Origin: Fibrobacteria bacterium
Lineage (GTDB): Bacteria > Fibrobacterota > Fibrobacteria > UBA11236
Length of the DNA: 29,971 bases
NCBI GenBank assembly: GCA_043732185.1
Contig: JAYTHY010000080.1
Coordinates: 1 to 29,971 of the forward strand
Direction: 5' to 3'
In this document: piece by piece, positions 1-9,100 of the stretch
How positions within the stretch are numbered: the first letter of the stretch is position 1
Layout of the letters: every line of letters starts with the position of its first letter
Notes under the pieces: model-generated
The model's database searches: none
Told to the model about the DNA's origin: nothing
What the model saw: the letters and a program-made list of their open reading frames with translations, nothing else
Translations under genes and position numbers: made by a program

Positions 1-480
1 ATTGCCAGTGGCATCCTTATAACTGGGTATGTAAACCGGTATGCGACAGATAGCCTTGCCATCCTTGGCATGCCCTTCACCTTTTACGATTAAACTTGGT
101 CCATCGGGTGTTTTAGCAAATAGCTCGAAAGCGATCTTGGTCCTATGGGCGATCTTATCTGGCAGGTCCACTTCAACAGAGATGTCCGTTTCCTAATTGA
201 AGCCCACTTTCTCGATTTCCCATTTTGGGTTGCGAAGGGTGACGGAGGGCTTGGGCTTTTTTGGCTCAGCGGCGACGGGCTCGACTGGAATGTCAAGGGG
301 CTCTAACTCCGGTTCAGGTTAAGGTCGGCGCGGTCGGCCCGTTCCACCGCCGCTACCCGCTCCGCCGCCCCCGAACTTAGGTTTGGGCTTGGTAAATATG
401 TCATCGTGGGCTCTGGGGTTAAAGGCGTCGCCGGACTTAAAAGGATCCATGGGCGACTTGGCGAAGGGATCTAGGTTCAT
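1..480 (-). pseudogene. Interrupted CDS (runs off the window's left edge): Gly/Pro-rich N-terminus followed by a beta-rich-looking domain, with two in-frame stops
   Basis: Manual translation from ATG at 480: MNLDPFAKSPMDPFKSGDAFNPRAHDDIFTKPKPKFGGGGAGSGGGTGRPRRP*PEPELEPLDIPVEPVAAEPKKPKPSVTLRNPKWEIEKVGFN*ETDISVEVDLPDKIAHRTKIAFELFAKTPDGPSLIVKGEGHAKDGKAICRIPVYIPSYKDATGN. Stops are TAA at 321-319 and TAG at 195-193. The sequence is protein-like on both sides of each stop. Confidence 0.6.
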
Positions 481-498
481 GTGGGGAAAGTTACAAAT

Positions 499-1530
499 TC
501 ACCGGTTTTGCTGCTCCCCCAGCCATTTTTTGAGATCGGGATGAAGCAAAGCTTCCACGTCAGGCTTGGCCAGATCTGCCGGCAGTATCAAGCGTGAACC
601 CGTATCGATTCGTTTTTCCACTTTTTCTTTGCGTTTGGCGGCCAATGCTGTCTTGACCCCAAGGTAACCTATACGGAACGGATCCTGCACGACGAGTCCG
701 GCTATTTCACCGTACTTCAAAGATTTCAAAAGCTCTTCCGTTGCGTCAAAACCGACCAGGTAAACATTACCTGTTCTCTTGGCAATTTGTAACGCCCGTA
801 ACATAGCGGCTGTGGTTGGTGCGTTTGGCGAAAAAATGGCTTCTACGGCTGGAAATTTAATGAGCAAGCTTTGTGCTGTTTGTAACGCCGATTCGGTAGT
901 CACCCCAGAATATTGGTCCGAAGACAAAACTTCAACTTTCGGTGCATATTCGGCCAGACCGGCTAGGAAGCCGTTTTCACGATTCGTGTTACTGGCCGAG
1001 CCTGCCAAATACCGCATTAAGATGACCTTTCCAACAGGTTGTCCAGCCTTGAAAGAGGCGGAATCAAGTCTTGCCATGAACACTTCAGCCAAATACTTCG
1101 CCGCTATTTTGCCCGCCGCAAAATTATCCGTCGCGACAAAGCTGGCGAAGGCTTTGGATTTGAGATCCGAATCAATCACCACTACGGGGATCTTCTTTTT
1201 GACGGCCATTTCCACTGGTCGAGCCAAGGCCGTTTCATCCAAGGGTGCAATGACGATGGCATCCACTTTTTTGGCGACAAAACTCTTGAGCACCTCGATT
1301 TGTCCCATGCGATCGTCTTCTTTTGCGGGTCCCTGCCAGAGGATATCGGCACCCTCTTCCAATCCCGCCTTCATAGCACCGGCATGCACCGCTTGCCAAA
1401 ATTCATACATGGTGCCTTTAGGGATGACGGCCACTACGGGCCGGGTGGGTTTTACGGGCTCGGCGGTCAAGGCTGAGGAAAACACCATTGCGAATAGTAT
1501 GCCTACGGCGGAAAGATTCGAAGTTTTCAT
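499..1530 (-). CDS. Periplasmic sugar-binding protein (RbsB-like, type 1 PBP) of an ABC transporter
   Basis: Signal peptide, IPKG..FW..V.AGA, VDAIVIAP, IPVVVIDS, VATDN..AG, VGFD and VVQDPFRIGYLGV motifs; SD AGGAGG upstream. Confidence 0.92.
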   Translation of the reverse strand: MKTSNLSAVGILFAMVFSSALTAEPVKPTRPVVAVIPKGTMYEFWQAVHAGAMKAGLEEGADILWQGPAKEDDRMGQIEVLKSFVAKKVDAIVIAPLDETALARPVEMAVKKKIPVVVIDSDLKSKAFASFVATDNFAAGKIAAKYLAEVFMARLDSASFKAGQPVGKVILMRYLAGSASNTNRENGFLAGLAEYAPKVEVLSSDQYSGVTTESALQTAQSLLIKFPAVEAIFSPNAPTTAAMLRALQIAKRTGNVYLVGFDATEELLKSLKYGEIAGLVVQDPFRIGYLGVKTALAAKRKEKVEKRIDTGSRLILPADLAKPDVEALLHPDLKKWLGEQQNR

Positions 1531-1817
1531 TAAAAAATCCTCCTTAGGAAAAGTATAACTGCAAAAATTGAAAGTATAGTTACAAATGGTACGTGTAGAA
1601 GCTTTTTGACGGCATCCATCAAAGTAAGCTCATGAACTTAATTGAAACTTTTGTTGTCCCAATTTGGAAGCCCAAAATATAGCAGGTTGCATGAGAAAAT
1701 TACCCTTAAATCTTCGAGGAATTGGACAGTTTCTATCTTTTAGCACACTTTAGAAATCTTGTTTTACTACGTGTACTGCCTAAGCCTGGTCCTACCAAGG
1801 AGAATGAGTCAAATATA

Positions 1818-2375
1818 ATGGAAGCTTTTTTCATATCGACCGGTGTCGTCGCTCTCGGAGAAATGGGCGACAAAACCCAACTCCTTTCCCTCTTGCTGTC
1901 CGTGCGCTATCGAACTCCCGTACCCATCATCTTTGGCATATTAGTTGCCACGCTCTTAAATCACGGCACAGCTGGCGCATTAGGGGCATGGTTGACAACC
2001 GCAATCAGTCCCGATATCATTAAATGGATCCTTGGTATATCCTTCATCGCCATTTCCTTATGGACGCTGGTGCCTGATACAATCGGAGAACAGTCCGACA
2101 CTAAAAGTCGCTTCGGGGTATTCGGGTCCACTTTGGTGGCATTTTTTTTGGCTGAAATGGGCGACAAAACCCAGGTGGCTACCATCGCTTTGGCGGCCCG
2201 CTTTCATAGTCTCCTACCGGTTGTTGCAGGGACAACTCTAGGTATGCTGCTTGCGGATGTCCCCGTTGTTCTACTCGGAGAAAAAATTTCAAAAAGAATC
2301 CCCATCCGAACGATTCGGGTGGTGGCAGCACTGGTATTCTTTGTCCTAGGAGTTATGACCCTTATTAAAATTTAA
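1818..2375 (+). CDS. TMEM165/GDT1 (UPF0016) family Ca2+/Mn2+ transporter
   Basis: Two copies of the E-x-G-D-K-T signature (LGEMGDKTQ, LAEMGDKTQ); hydrophobic helices. Start moved to ATG 1818 (MEAFF), downstream of an AAGGAG. Confidence 0.93.
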   Translation: MEAFFISTGVVALGEMGDKTQLLSLLLSVRYRTPVPIIFGILVATLLNHGTAGALGAWLTTAISPDIIKWILGISFIAISLWTLVPDTIGEQSDTKSRFGVFGSTLVAFFLAEMGDKTQVATIALAARFHSLLPVVAGTTLGMLLADVPVVLLGEKISKRIPIRTIRVVAALVFFVLGVMTLIKI

Positions 2376-2377
2376 GG

Positions 2378-3013
2378 TCATGCCGCTACACCAATAATCA
2401 ATCGCTTATACTGCTCACGCATGGATTGTGAAGTTTCCGGTTTTTCTCCTAGATGTTCCAGTGCAAAAGCCAGCGCTTCCAGAGTGGAAAGCCCGGCCTG
2501 CTTGACCTGGGGTCGTAGAGATAGGTGATCGGGATTGAGGCTGATGCGATTGAGTTTTAGCAGCCAGGAGTTACGCCACCACAGCGCTTTGGACTGCTTC
2601 CAGGTGCCATCCAGGGCAATGATGCCTTTTAAATTGGAGGGATTATCCAGCAGAATTTTTTTAGGACTCAGCACAGATAGTGGTGTAAGGGTTTTTGCCT
2701 GATCCGGTTTTAAGTACAGCACGCCCCATTGTGACGGCATTTCTTCCAATCCAGCTACCTTTTTAAAATTGGACCAGGATAGCCCAACATGAATGCTGCT
2801 ATTTTTAAGCAGAAGGTGCGTCAGCCTTGCCGAGTTCAAAGCTTTGAATTGTTCCTGGGGATGTTGCAGAATCACCACTTGCAATCGGGTGCTGTTGGAT
2901 TTGACTTGGTCACACAGGCAAATTTGTTTCGGCCGGTAACAATTGGGACACACTGTGGCACGGTCAAATTTCTGCTTAGCCCGTGGATCGGTTGGAATAA
3001 ATTTCTGGGACAT
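2378..3013 (-). CDS. DTW-domain protein (TapT/YfiP/DTWD2 family, tRNA-uridine aminocarboxypropyltransferase)
   Basis: N-terminal CxxC..CxC, ILQHPQE...NSARL, IIALDGTW and LSTLEA motifs. Confidence 0.9.
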   Translation of the reverse strand: MSQKFIPTDPRAKQKFDRATVCPNCYRPKQICLCDQVKSNSTRLQVVILQHPQEQFKALNSARLTHLLLKNSSIHVGLSWSNFKKVAGLEEMPSQWGVLYLKPDQAKTLTPLSVLSPKKILLDNPSNLKGIIALDGTWKQSKALWWRNSWLLKLNRISLNPDHLSLRPQVKQAGLSTLEALAFALEHLGEKPETSQSMREQYKRLIIGVAA

Positions 3014-3029
3014 GGTGTACTGTATCCAA

Positions 3030-3287
3030 TCAAAAACCAGTATTAAAGGAATCCCTTCCGGACTTCGCTTTTTCTTTTAACAGGATCGCTTCGATCCGTT
3101 CCCGGTTTTGTGTATTTAGAAGAGTCGGGTCCACTTGGTGCAAATGCCTGAGTACTGCTACCATGCTTAGGGAGGCCTGATACAGCGCCTGATTGTTAGT
3201 GGCGTCCAGAATTTCCTCGACCTCTTTTAAGCCGGCTTCCACTTGGATAGTGGCTTTCTTGATGGTCCCGATTTCTGTGCTATTCAT
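3030..3287 (-). CDS. Hypothetical 85-aa helical protein
   Basis: ATG-started ORF that fills the gap between the radical SAM and DTW genes (16 bp on each side); amphipathic composition; no recognisable motif. Confidence 0.7.
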   Translation of the reverse strand: MNSTEIGTIKKATIQVEAGLKEVEEILDATNNQALYQASLSMVAVLRHLHQVDPTLLNTQNRERIEAILLKEKAKSGRDSFNTGF

Positions 3288-3303
3288 GGTTTAAATATAG
3301 TCA

Positions 3304-4233
3304 TCAGGCCAGCAAAGCGACTTTTCCGGCATCACAGTTTTGGCAAATCGGCATGTTACCGAGCTGACTGCGCCGAGACTTGACCATATTGGACAGCGTA
3401 TCGGAAAAAACGGTTCCAAGCGTTGAAGTGTGACCAAAGTCCTGAAAGCAACCGAGCAGATCGCCCTTATAGCTTACGCTGACACTGCTATCCCCAACAG
3501 GACAGAAGTGGGGATTCTTAAGTTTATGCCCAAGGATATTCAAAGCAAATAGAACACGAGGTATTTGCACGTGTTCCTTTTCCGTCAAAGTGATGTCCAG
3601 CGAGTGGGCTAAATTCCTTCGAGTACGATTTTCCATACGTGAAGCAATATCCCCGCCTCGATTCCAGAGAGGTAAAAGTCGGAAGGCGTTAATACCCAAA
3701 CCACGGAGTCTTTCCACGGTTTCTGGTAACCCCGCGTAAATTATCGGACCGCCAGTTAGGTGAACGATAACTTTTTTCCCAGCTTCAGCAGCCAAGTCTT
3801 CAATCTGTCCCCAAATTCTATCATAGTTCAATCCAACATGGACTTTTGAAAAAATATCCCGGCGAACCGAACTGACGGACAACCGGACATGCTGGATGTC
3901 GCGCACGCATGCGTCCAGATTTTTGCGATTGAGATTGGCGCCTGTGGTAACTACGGCGCTACGTATGCCAGTTAATGCCAAACGACTGACAAGCTTAGGG
4001 AAAAGTGGATGTAAAGTGGGTTCTCCGCGCCCAGCCAAACAAATTTCCCAAACCTCGTGCGGGATCGCTTGGGAAAGAATTCGATCAAATGTTTCCATGG
4101 TGAGATAGCCGAAACTGTCGATTTGCGCCCTGGGACACATATTGCAGGAAGCGGTGCAATTAGAGGTAGCCTCGATATTGAGCATGATTTTCCGCTTAAA
4201 TAGCATGAGAGAATCGTACCATGCGGAAGGCAT
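3304..4233 (-). CDS. Radical SAM protein with C-terminal SPASM/twitch-type Fe-S domain
   Basis: CTASCNMC (CxxxCxxC), GRGEPTLHP, and C-terminal CPVG..VSVSYKGDLLGCFQD...CQNC. The true start may be 4206 or 4185. Confidence 0.88.
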   Translation of the reverse strand: MPSAWYDSLMLFKRKIMLNIEATSNCTASCNMCPRAQIDSFGYLTMETFDRILSQAIPHEVWEICLAGRGEPTLHPLFPKLVSRLALTGIRSAVVTTGANLNRKNLDACVRDIQHVRLSVSSVRRDIFSKVHVGLNYDRIWGQIEDLAAEAGKKVIVHLTGGPIIYAGLPETVERLRGLGINAFRLLPLWNRGGDIASRMENRTRRNLAHSLDITLTEKEHVQIPRVLFALNILGHKLKNPHFCPVGDSSVSVSYKGDLLGCFQDFGHTSTLGTVFSDTLSNMVKSRRSQLGNMPICQNCDAGKVALLA

Positions 4234-4253
4234 ATCGCGCTCGTCTTTGAAGA

Positions 4254-5246
4254 TCAGGATCCGTGATAACTCTTTAAACCTTTGATATACAGGGCCCTTT
4301 CATACATGGAAGGGTCCTGACAGTTTTTGAAACTGACGCAGCCCCTCATCTGGGCAATGGTTTCGTATTCCAAGTTTTCCATCAATTCCAACAGTCCTTG
4401 TTCCAGCTTTTGGATTTTCCAAATGCCATGCTTTAAAAGCACGGAACAAAGCATGGTGATATCCGCGCCGGCCATGATCATCTTTACCACGTCCTGGGCT
4501 TCGTGAATGCCGCCGGAGGCAGCAAGATTGGCGGTAATCCGTCCGTGGAGAATGGCGATCCAGCGCAGGGGCAGCCGCATGGCTTGTGGGGTGGAAAGGA
4601 TGATATGAGGCTTGACCTCAAAGGTTTCAATTTCCAAATCCGGTTGATAAAAACGATTGAAGAGAGTGAGTCCATTCGCGCCATTATCAATAAGGGTTTG
4701 GACAAAATTTCCAAGACTGGAAAAGTACGGGCCGATTTTTACCGTGATGGGAATGTTCGTCGCGCTGCGTACTTGTCGAACAATATCTACGTATCGTCTT
4801 TCCAATTTCTCGCTGGTGGTGGAAAGGTCGGTGGGGATGTTGTAAATATTCAGCTCCAAGGCATCCGCGCCCGCCTGTTCGATCAGCTTGGCATACTGGG
4901 TCCAATGGCCGGGTTGGGTCCCGTTTAAACTGCCAAAAATAGGGATGGATACGGCGGATTTGGCCATGCGAATCCGTTCCAGGTAGATTTCCGGACCGGA
5001 GGGGAAATCCAATTTTGGAAAGAAACTGGAAGCCTCCGAAAAACTGTCCGTGCCTTCGATTAAGGAGTGATGTAGATTGGCTTGTTCCACCTCAAATTGC
5101 TCAGCGAACAGTGAGTCCAACACCACGGCGGAAGCGCCGGCATCTTCCATGCGTTTGATATTGTCCAACTCCGCGCTTAACGGAGAAGCAGATACCACCA
5201 GTGGTGTCCTTAACTTTAGGCCAAGAAAGGAAGTTTCAAGATTCAT
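4254..5246 (-). CDS. Dihydroorotate dehydrogenase-like FMN protein (PFOR-associated type)
   Basis: LGLKLRTPLVVSASPLS, GADALELNIY, IPITVKI, LFNRFYQPD and ASGGIH motifs; sits directly downstream of nifJ, a common pairing. Confidence 0.9.
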   Translation of the reverse strand: MNLETSFLGLKLRTPLVVSASPLSAELDNIKRMEDAGASAVVLDSLFAEQFEVEQANLHHSLIEGTDSFSEASSFFPKLDFPSGPEIYLERIRMAKSAVSIPIFGSLNGTQPGHWTQYAKLIEQAGADALELNIYNIPTDLSTTSEKLERRYVDIVRQVRSATNIPITVKIGPYFSSLGNFVQTLIDNGANGLTLFNRFYQPDLEIETFEVKPHIILSTPQAMRLPLRWIAILHGRITANLAASGGIHEAQDVVKMIMAGADITMLCSVLLKHGIWKIQKLEQGLLELMENLEYETIAQMRGCVSFKNCQDPSMYERALYIKGLKSYHGS

Positions 5247-5258
5247 ATCATATCCTGG

Positions 5259-8200
5259 TTACAGGTCCTTGCCGGTTTTTTCAATGGAGGGCGGCGGGGG
5301 CGTTCCGGTTTGGGAAGCTTGAAAAGCCTCCGGGCCCACTGCACCTTGTGAAGCCAGGAATTCATAATATTTCCAACGGCGATCGACATCCTCCTGCGCT
5401 TCCGCTTGCAACCTCTTGGCTTGATCGGGTTGGGACAAACTCAACATCTTGAAACGATTTTCCATGTCCATGTATTCTTTGACTTTTTTAGTCGGGGCCT
5501 TGGAATCCAGTATGAATGGATTCTTACCTTCGGAAACCAGCCCTGGGTTGTACCGGTACAAAAGCCACTGTCCGGAAGCTACCGCCATTCTTTGATTCTG
5601 ATTGGCCGTGGTCATGTTGATACCGTGTGCAATGCAATGACTGTACGCGATGATCAAGGAAACCCCGGGATGTTTTTCAGCTTCAATCATGGCCTTGACC
5701 GTATGTTCATCGCGTGCGCCCAGAGCCACTCTTGCTACATAGACATTTCCATAACTCATAGCGATAAGACCCAGGTCTTTTTTCCCTTGCTGTTTTCCGG
5801 ACTCGGCGAATTTGGCAACGGCAGCGCGCGGTGTGGCCTTCGACATTTGCCCACCGGTATTCGAATACACTTCCGTGTCGAGCACCATGATGGTCACGTT
5901 GCGCCCGGATGCAAAAACATGGTCCAGCCCGCCAAAGCCGATATCATAGGCCCAACCATCGCCTCCGATAATCCAGACGGATTTTTTAACCAGGTAATCG
6001 GCGACGGAAAGGAGCAGTCTGGCATCCTCCGAGGCCAAGGTCCCGATTTTTTCTTTTAATTCTGTGACCCGTTCCCGCTGTTCATGAATGCCGTTTTCAT
6101 CCGACTGGTCCGCATTCAAAATAGCGTCGAAACATTCTGTACCCACTTGAACGGACATCCGTCGCAAAAGTTCTTGGGCAAATTCCGTTTGCTTGTCAAT
6201 CGAAAGGCGGAACCCCAGGCCAAATTCGGCATTGTCTTCGAAAAGAGAATTGCTCCATGCCGGGCCACGGCCCTCATGGTTCTTGGCGTACGGGGTAGTA
6301 GGCAGGTTGCCGCCGTAAATGCTGGAACAACCGGTGGCATTGGCAATCACCATGCGGTCTCCGAACAACTGTGTGGCCAATTTGATATAGGGCGTTTCCC
6401 CACATCCAGAACACGCTCCGGAAAATTCAAATAGCGGTTGGAGCACTTGCTGCTGTCGAATGGAACCAATATTTATGGTTCTCCGATCTTTTTCTGGAAT
6501 GCACAGAAAATAATCCCAGTTAGCGGCTTCTTGATCTCGCAACGGAGCCTGCGGGGACATATTGATGGCCTTAAGCCGCGTTTCCTGTTTGTTGCGAGCC
6601 GGGCATATATCGACGCAAATGCCACATCCAGTACAATCCTCCGGGGCAACTTGGATGGTGTATTTCAATCCTTTCCAATCTTTTTCCTTGGCATCCATAG
6701 ATTTAAAAGACGGTGCCGCATCTTCCAGGGCCGATGGCTCATAAACCTTTACGCGGATGGCGGCATGTGGACAGACTAGTGCGCACTTATTGCATTGAAT
6801 GCAGGAGGGTGGATCCCAAACGGGAATCTCCATGGCGATATTGCGCTTTTCCCATTGGGCGGTTCCGGTTGGGAAGGTGCCGTCAACGGGCATGGCGCTA
6901 ACCGGCAATTCATGGCCTTGTCCGGAAATCATTTTGGCCAGGACCTCTTGCATAAAGGCCGGTGCTTGGCGGTGAACGGCCGGTGGCATTTCCTTTTGGC
7001 TGGAGGCGCTTTTCGGTAAGGCGATTTGAAATAGGTTTCCTAGAGTTTGGTCCACGGCCTGGATATTTTTTTGGACAACTTCTTCGCCTTTTCGGCTGTA
7101 TGATTTTTGAATGCTTTTCTTGATGGCCGCGATGGCTTGGTCTTGGGGTAGCACCCCGGAAATTGCAAAAAAACAAACCTGCATGACGGTATTGATGCGG
7201 CTACCCATGCCGCTTTCCTTGGCGACGCGCACTGCATCAATGACGTAGAAGCGCGCTTGCTTGGAGATTAATTTTTCCTGAACCAAACGCGGCAAGGAGT
7301 CCCAGGCTTCCTCTTTAGGGAAAGGGGTATTGAGAAGGAAAACACCGCCTTCAACCAATGCGCTCACTAAGTCGAAGCGCTCCAGAAAAAGGGGTTGATG
7401 GCAGGCCACAAAATTGGCCGAAGTGATCAAATAGGTGCTGTGAATGGGACGAGGGCCAAATCGCAAATGGGAAATGGTGCTGGAGCCTGATTTTTTGGAA
7501 TCATAGACGAAGTAGCCTTGGGCAAAATTATCCGTGTTTTCGCCGATAATTTTAATCGAGTTTTTATTGGCGCCTACCGTGCCATCGGATCCGAGACCAT
7601 AGAATAGGGCACGCACGACATCTTTAGGTTCAATGGAGAATTGGCTGTCAAAGTCCAGGGAAGTGTGGGACACATCGTCATGGATGCCCACGGTGAAATG
7701 GTTCTTGAAGGTTTTGGCCTGACTATTTTCGAAAACGGCCTTAACCATGGCCGGTGTGAATTCCTTGGAGGACAGCCCATAGCGTCCCGTAAGTATTCTA
7801 GGCAGTGTTTTCAGGAGCCCTTCCGTAAAGGCCTCATACAATCCGGCAGTAACATCCAGGTAGAGTGGATCGCCGCCCGCGCCCGGTTCTTTGGTGCGAT
7901 CCAACACCGTTACGGTCTTGACCGAGGCCGGCAGAGCCTTTGCAAAGAGCTTCCAGGAAAAGGGGCGATACAACCTAACCTTCAGTACCCCTGTTTTTCC
8001 ACCGAGGGTATTCAAGAAGTCTACCGTTTCCACTGCAGCTTCCGCGCCGGATCCCATGATGATGAGGACGTGTTCCGCGTCCGGAGCTCCGTAGTATTCG
8101 TACAACCGATAGTGTCGGCCGGTGATTTTTGCCAGGCGATCCATTTTTTCCTGCACGATTTCCGGGCATCGGTCGTAAAAAGGATTCACCGTTTCCCTAC

Positions 8201-8891
8201 CTTGGAAATACACATCAGGATTTTGTGCGGTACCGCGTAGCACAGGTCTATCCGGAGACAGGGCGCGTGAACGGTGTTCCAGAATCTTGTCCAAAGGAAT
8301 CAGGGCGCGCATGGTTTCTTTGGATAGCATTTCAACTTTGGAGACTTCATGCGAGGTACGGAAACCATCAAAAAAGTGCACGAAAGGAATGCGGGATTCC
8401 AAGGTGGCCGCATGGGCGACTAAAGCCATATCCATGGCTTCTTGAACGGAATTGGAAGCCAGCATGGCAAATCCCGTTTGCCGCGCTGCCATGACATCCT
8501 GATGATCTCCAAAAATGGATAGGCCCTGTGCGGCCAAAGACCTTGCCGTAACATGCAAAACCGTAGGAGTCAATTCCCCCGCCATCTTGTACATGTTGGG
8601 AATCATAAGCAGTAGGCCCTGTGAAGCAGTAAAAGTGGTGGTGAGCGAACCGGTTTGCATGGCCCCGTGCAAGGTTCCCGCAGCGCCGCCTTCGCTTTGC
8701 ATTTCCATAACCGCTGGAACGGTTCCCCATATATTTGGTTTGCCTGCCGAAGCCCAGGCATCGGACCATTCCCCCATGCCGGAAGAAGGTGTGATGGGGT
8801 ATATGGCGATGACCTCGCTGACATGATAGGCAACATGCGCCACAGCTTCGCAGCCGTCTAAGGTTGCAACCGCCGATTCTTTTTCCGCCAT
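5259..8891 (-). CDS. nifJ: Pyruvate:ferredoxin (flavodoxin) oxidoreductase, homodimeric type
   Basis: YPITPS, EMQSEGGAAG, GLGSDGTVGANK, two CxxCxxCxxxCP ferredoxin motifs, GACSGCGE and the TPP-binding GGDGWAYDIG. Start set at ATG 8891 (MAEKE) after GAGG. Confidence 0.97.
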   Translation of the reverse strand: MAEKESAVATLDGCEAVAHVAYHVSEVIAIYPITPSSGMGEWSDAWASAGKPNIWGTVPAVMEMQSEGGAAGTLHGAMQTGSLTTTFTASQGLLLMIPNMYKMAGELTPTVLHVTARSLAAQGLSIFGDHQDVMAARQTGFAMLASNSVQEAMDMALVAHAATLESRIPFVHFFDGFRTSHEVSKVEMLSKETMRALIPLDKILEHRSRALSPDRPVLRGTAQNPDVYFQGRETVNPFYDRCPEIVQEKMDRLAKITGRHYRLYEYYGAPDAEHVLIIMGSGAEAAVETVDFLNTLGGKTGVLKVRLYRPFSWKLFAKALPASVKTVTVLDRTKEPGAGGDPLYLDVTAGLYEAFTEGLLKTLPRILTGRYGLSSKEFTPAMVKAVFENSQAKTFKNHFTVGIHDDVSHTSLDFDSQFSIEPKDVVRALFYGLGSDGTVGANKNSIKIIGENTDNFAQGYFVYDSKKSGSSTISHLRFGPRPIHSTYLITSANFVACHQPLFLERFDLVSALVEGGVFLLNTPFPKEEAWDSLPRLVQEKLISKQARFYVIDAVRVAKESGMGSRINTVMQVCFFAISGVLPQDQAIAAIKKSIQKSYSRKGEEVVQKNIQAVDQTLGNLFQIALPKSASSQKEMPPAVHRQAPAFMQEVLAKMISGQGHELPVSAMPVDGTFPTGTAQWEKRNIAMEIPVWDPPSCIQCNKCALVCPHAAIRVKVYEPSALEDAAPSFKSMDAKEKDWKGLKYTIQVAPEDCTGCGICVDICPARNKQETRLKAINMSPQAPLRDQEAANWDYFLCIPEKDRRTINIGSIRQQQVLQPLFEFSGACSGCGETPYIKLATQLFGDRMVIANATGCSSIYGGNLPTTPYAKNHEGRGPAWSNSLFEDNAEFGLGFRLSIDKQTEFAQELLRRMSVQVGTECFDAILNADQSDENGIHEQRERVTELKEKIGTLASEDARLLLSVADYLVKKSVWIIGGDGWAYDIGFGGLDHVFASGRNVTIMVLDTEVYSNTGGQMSKATPRAAVAKFAESGKQQGKKDLGLIAMSYGNVYVARVALGARDEHTVKAMIEAEKHPGVSLIIAYSHCIAHGINMTTANQNQRMAVASGQWLLYRYNPGLVSEGKNPFILDSKAPTKKVKEYMDMENRFKMLSLSQPDQAKRLQAEAQEDVDRRWKYYEFLASQGAVGPEAFQASQTGTPPPPSIEKTGKDL

Positions 8892-8927
8892 GCGATGCCT
8901 CAAATCCGTTAATCTGAGGCTGTTATC

Positions 8928-8943
8928 CGCAATAACCGCACCA
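8928..8943 (-). promoter_or_regulatory. sigma54 -24/-12 promoter for nifJ
   Basis: Minus strand TGGTGCGGTTATTGCG = GG-N10-GC, matching TGGYRYRnnnnTTGC; the GC is about 38 nt upstream of the ATG. Confidence 0.7.
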
Positions 8944-9059
8944 AATCATCCGCGAGATGCCATGGTTCTAAAAGAGGAAACCGTAATGCGCTACTTTGGG
9001 GCTATTTGCTCTGGATTAGGAAAGGACGGCGGTTTAGAAGAAAAGGAGTTGTCTTTTCC

Positions 9060-9073
9060 CATGGACGTCCATG
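9060..9073. promoter_or_regulatory. Perfect 14-bp palindrome, candidate enhancer (UAS) for the nifJ promoter
   Basis: CATGGACGTCCATG, about 120 bp upstream of the -24 box. Confidence 0.4.
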
Positions 9074-9078
9074 CTAGA

Positions 9079-9098
9079 ATGGCAAAATTGTTTGCCAT
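9079..9098. repeat. Inverted repeat immediately after the hppA stop (weak terminator, stabilising hairpin or operator)
   Basis: ATGGCAAA-attg-TTTGCCAT; no clear U-tract on the minus strand. Confidence 0.5.
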
Positions 9099-9100
9099 AA

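Noticed and set aside
90..296. 68-aa minus-strand ORF in the ORF track
   Set aside because: It is an alternative frame of the more protein-like interrupted frame starting at 480; TTG start and no SD.
193..321. Genetic-code reassignment or Sec/Pyl read-through at the in-frame stops
   Set aside because: TAA and TAG terminate conserved genes in this window (nifJ and hppA TAA; etfB and acr3 TAG); neither stop is TGA, and TAA cannot be Pyl.
1531..1817. yybP-ykoY Mn2+ riboswitch upstream of the TMEM165 gene
   Set aside because: The conserved GGGGAGUAG and GAGACC elements were not found; there is only a weak hairpin near the SD.
1722..1817. TTG-start N-terminal extension of TMEM165
   Set aside because: Family-like sequence begins at ATG 1818.
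5406..8861. Many antisense and alternate-frame ORFs inside nifJ (likewise inside hppA, the fad genes and the ars genes)
   Set aside because: They are shadows of strongly conserved genes and have no motifs or independent signals.
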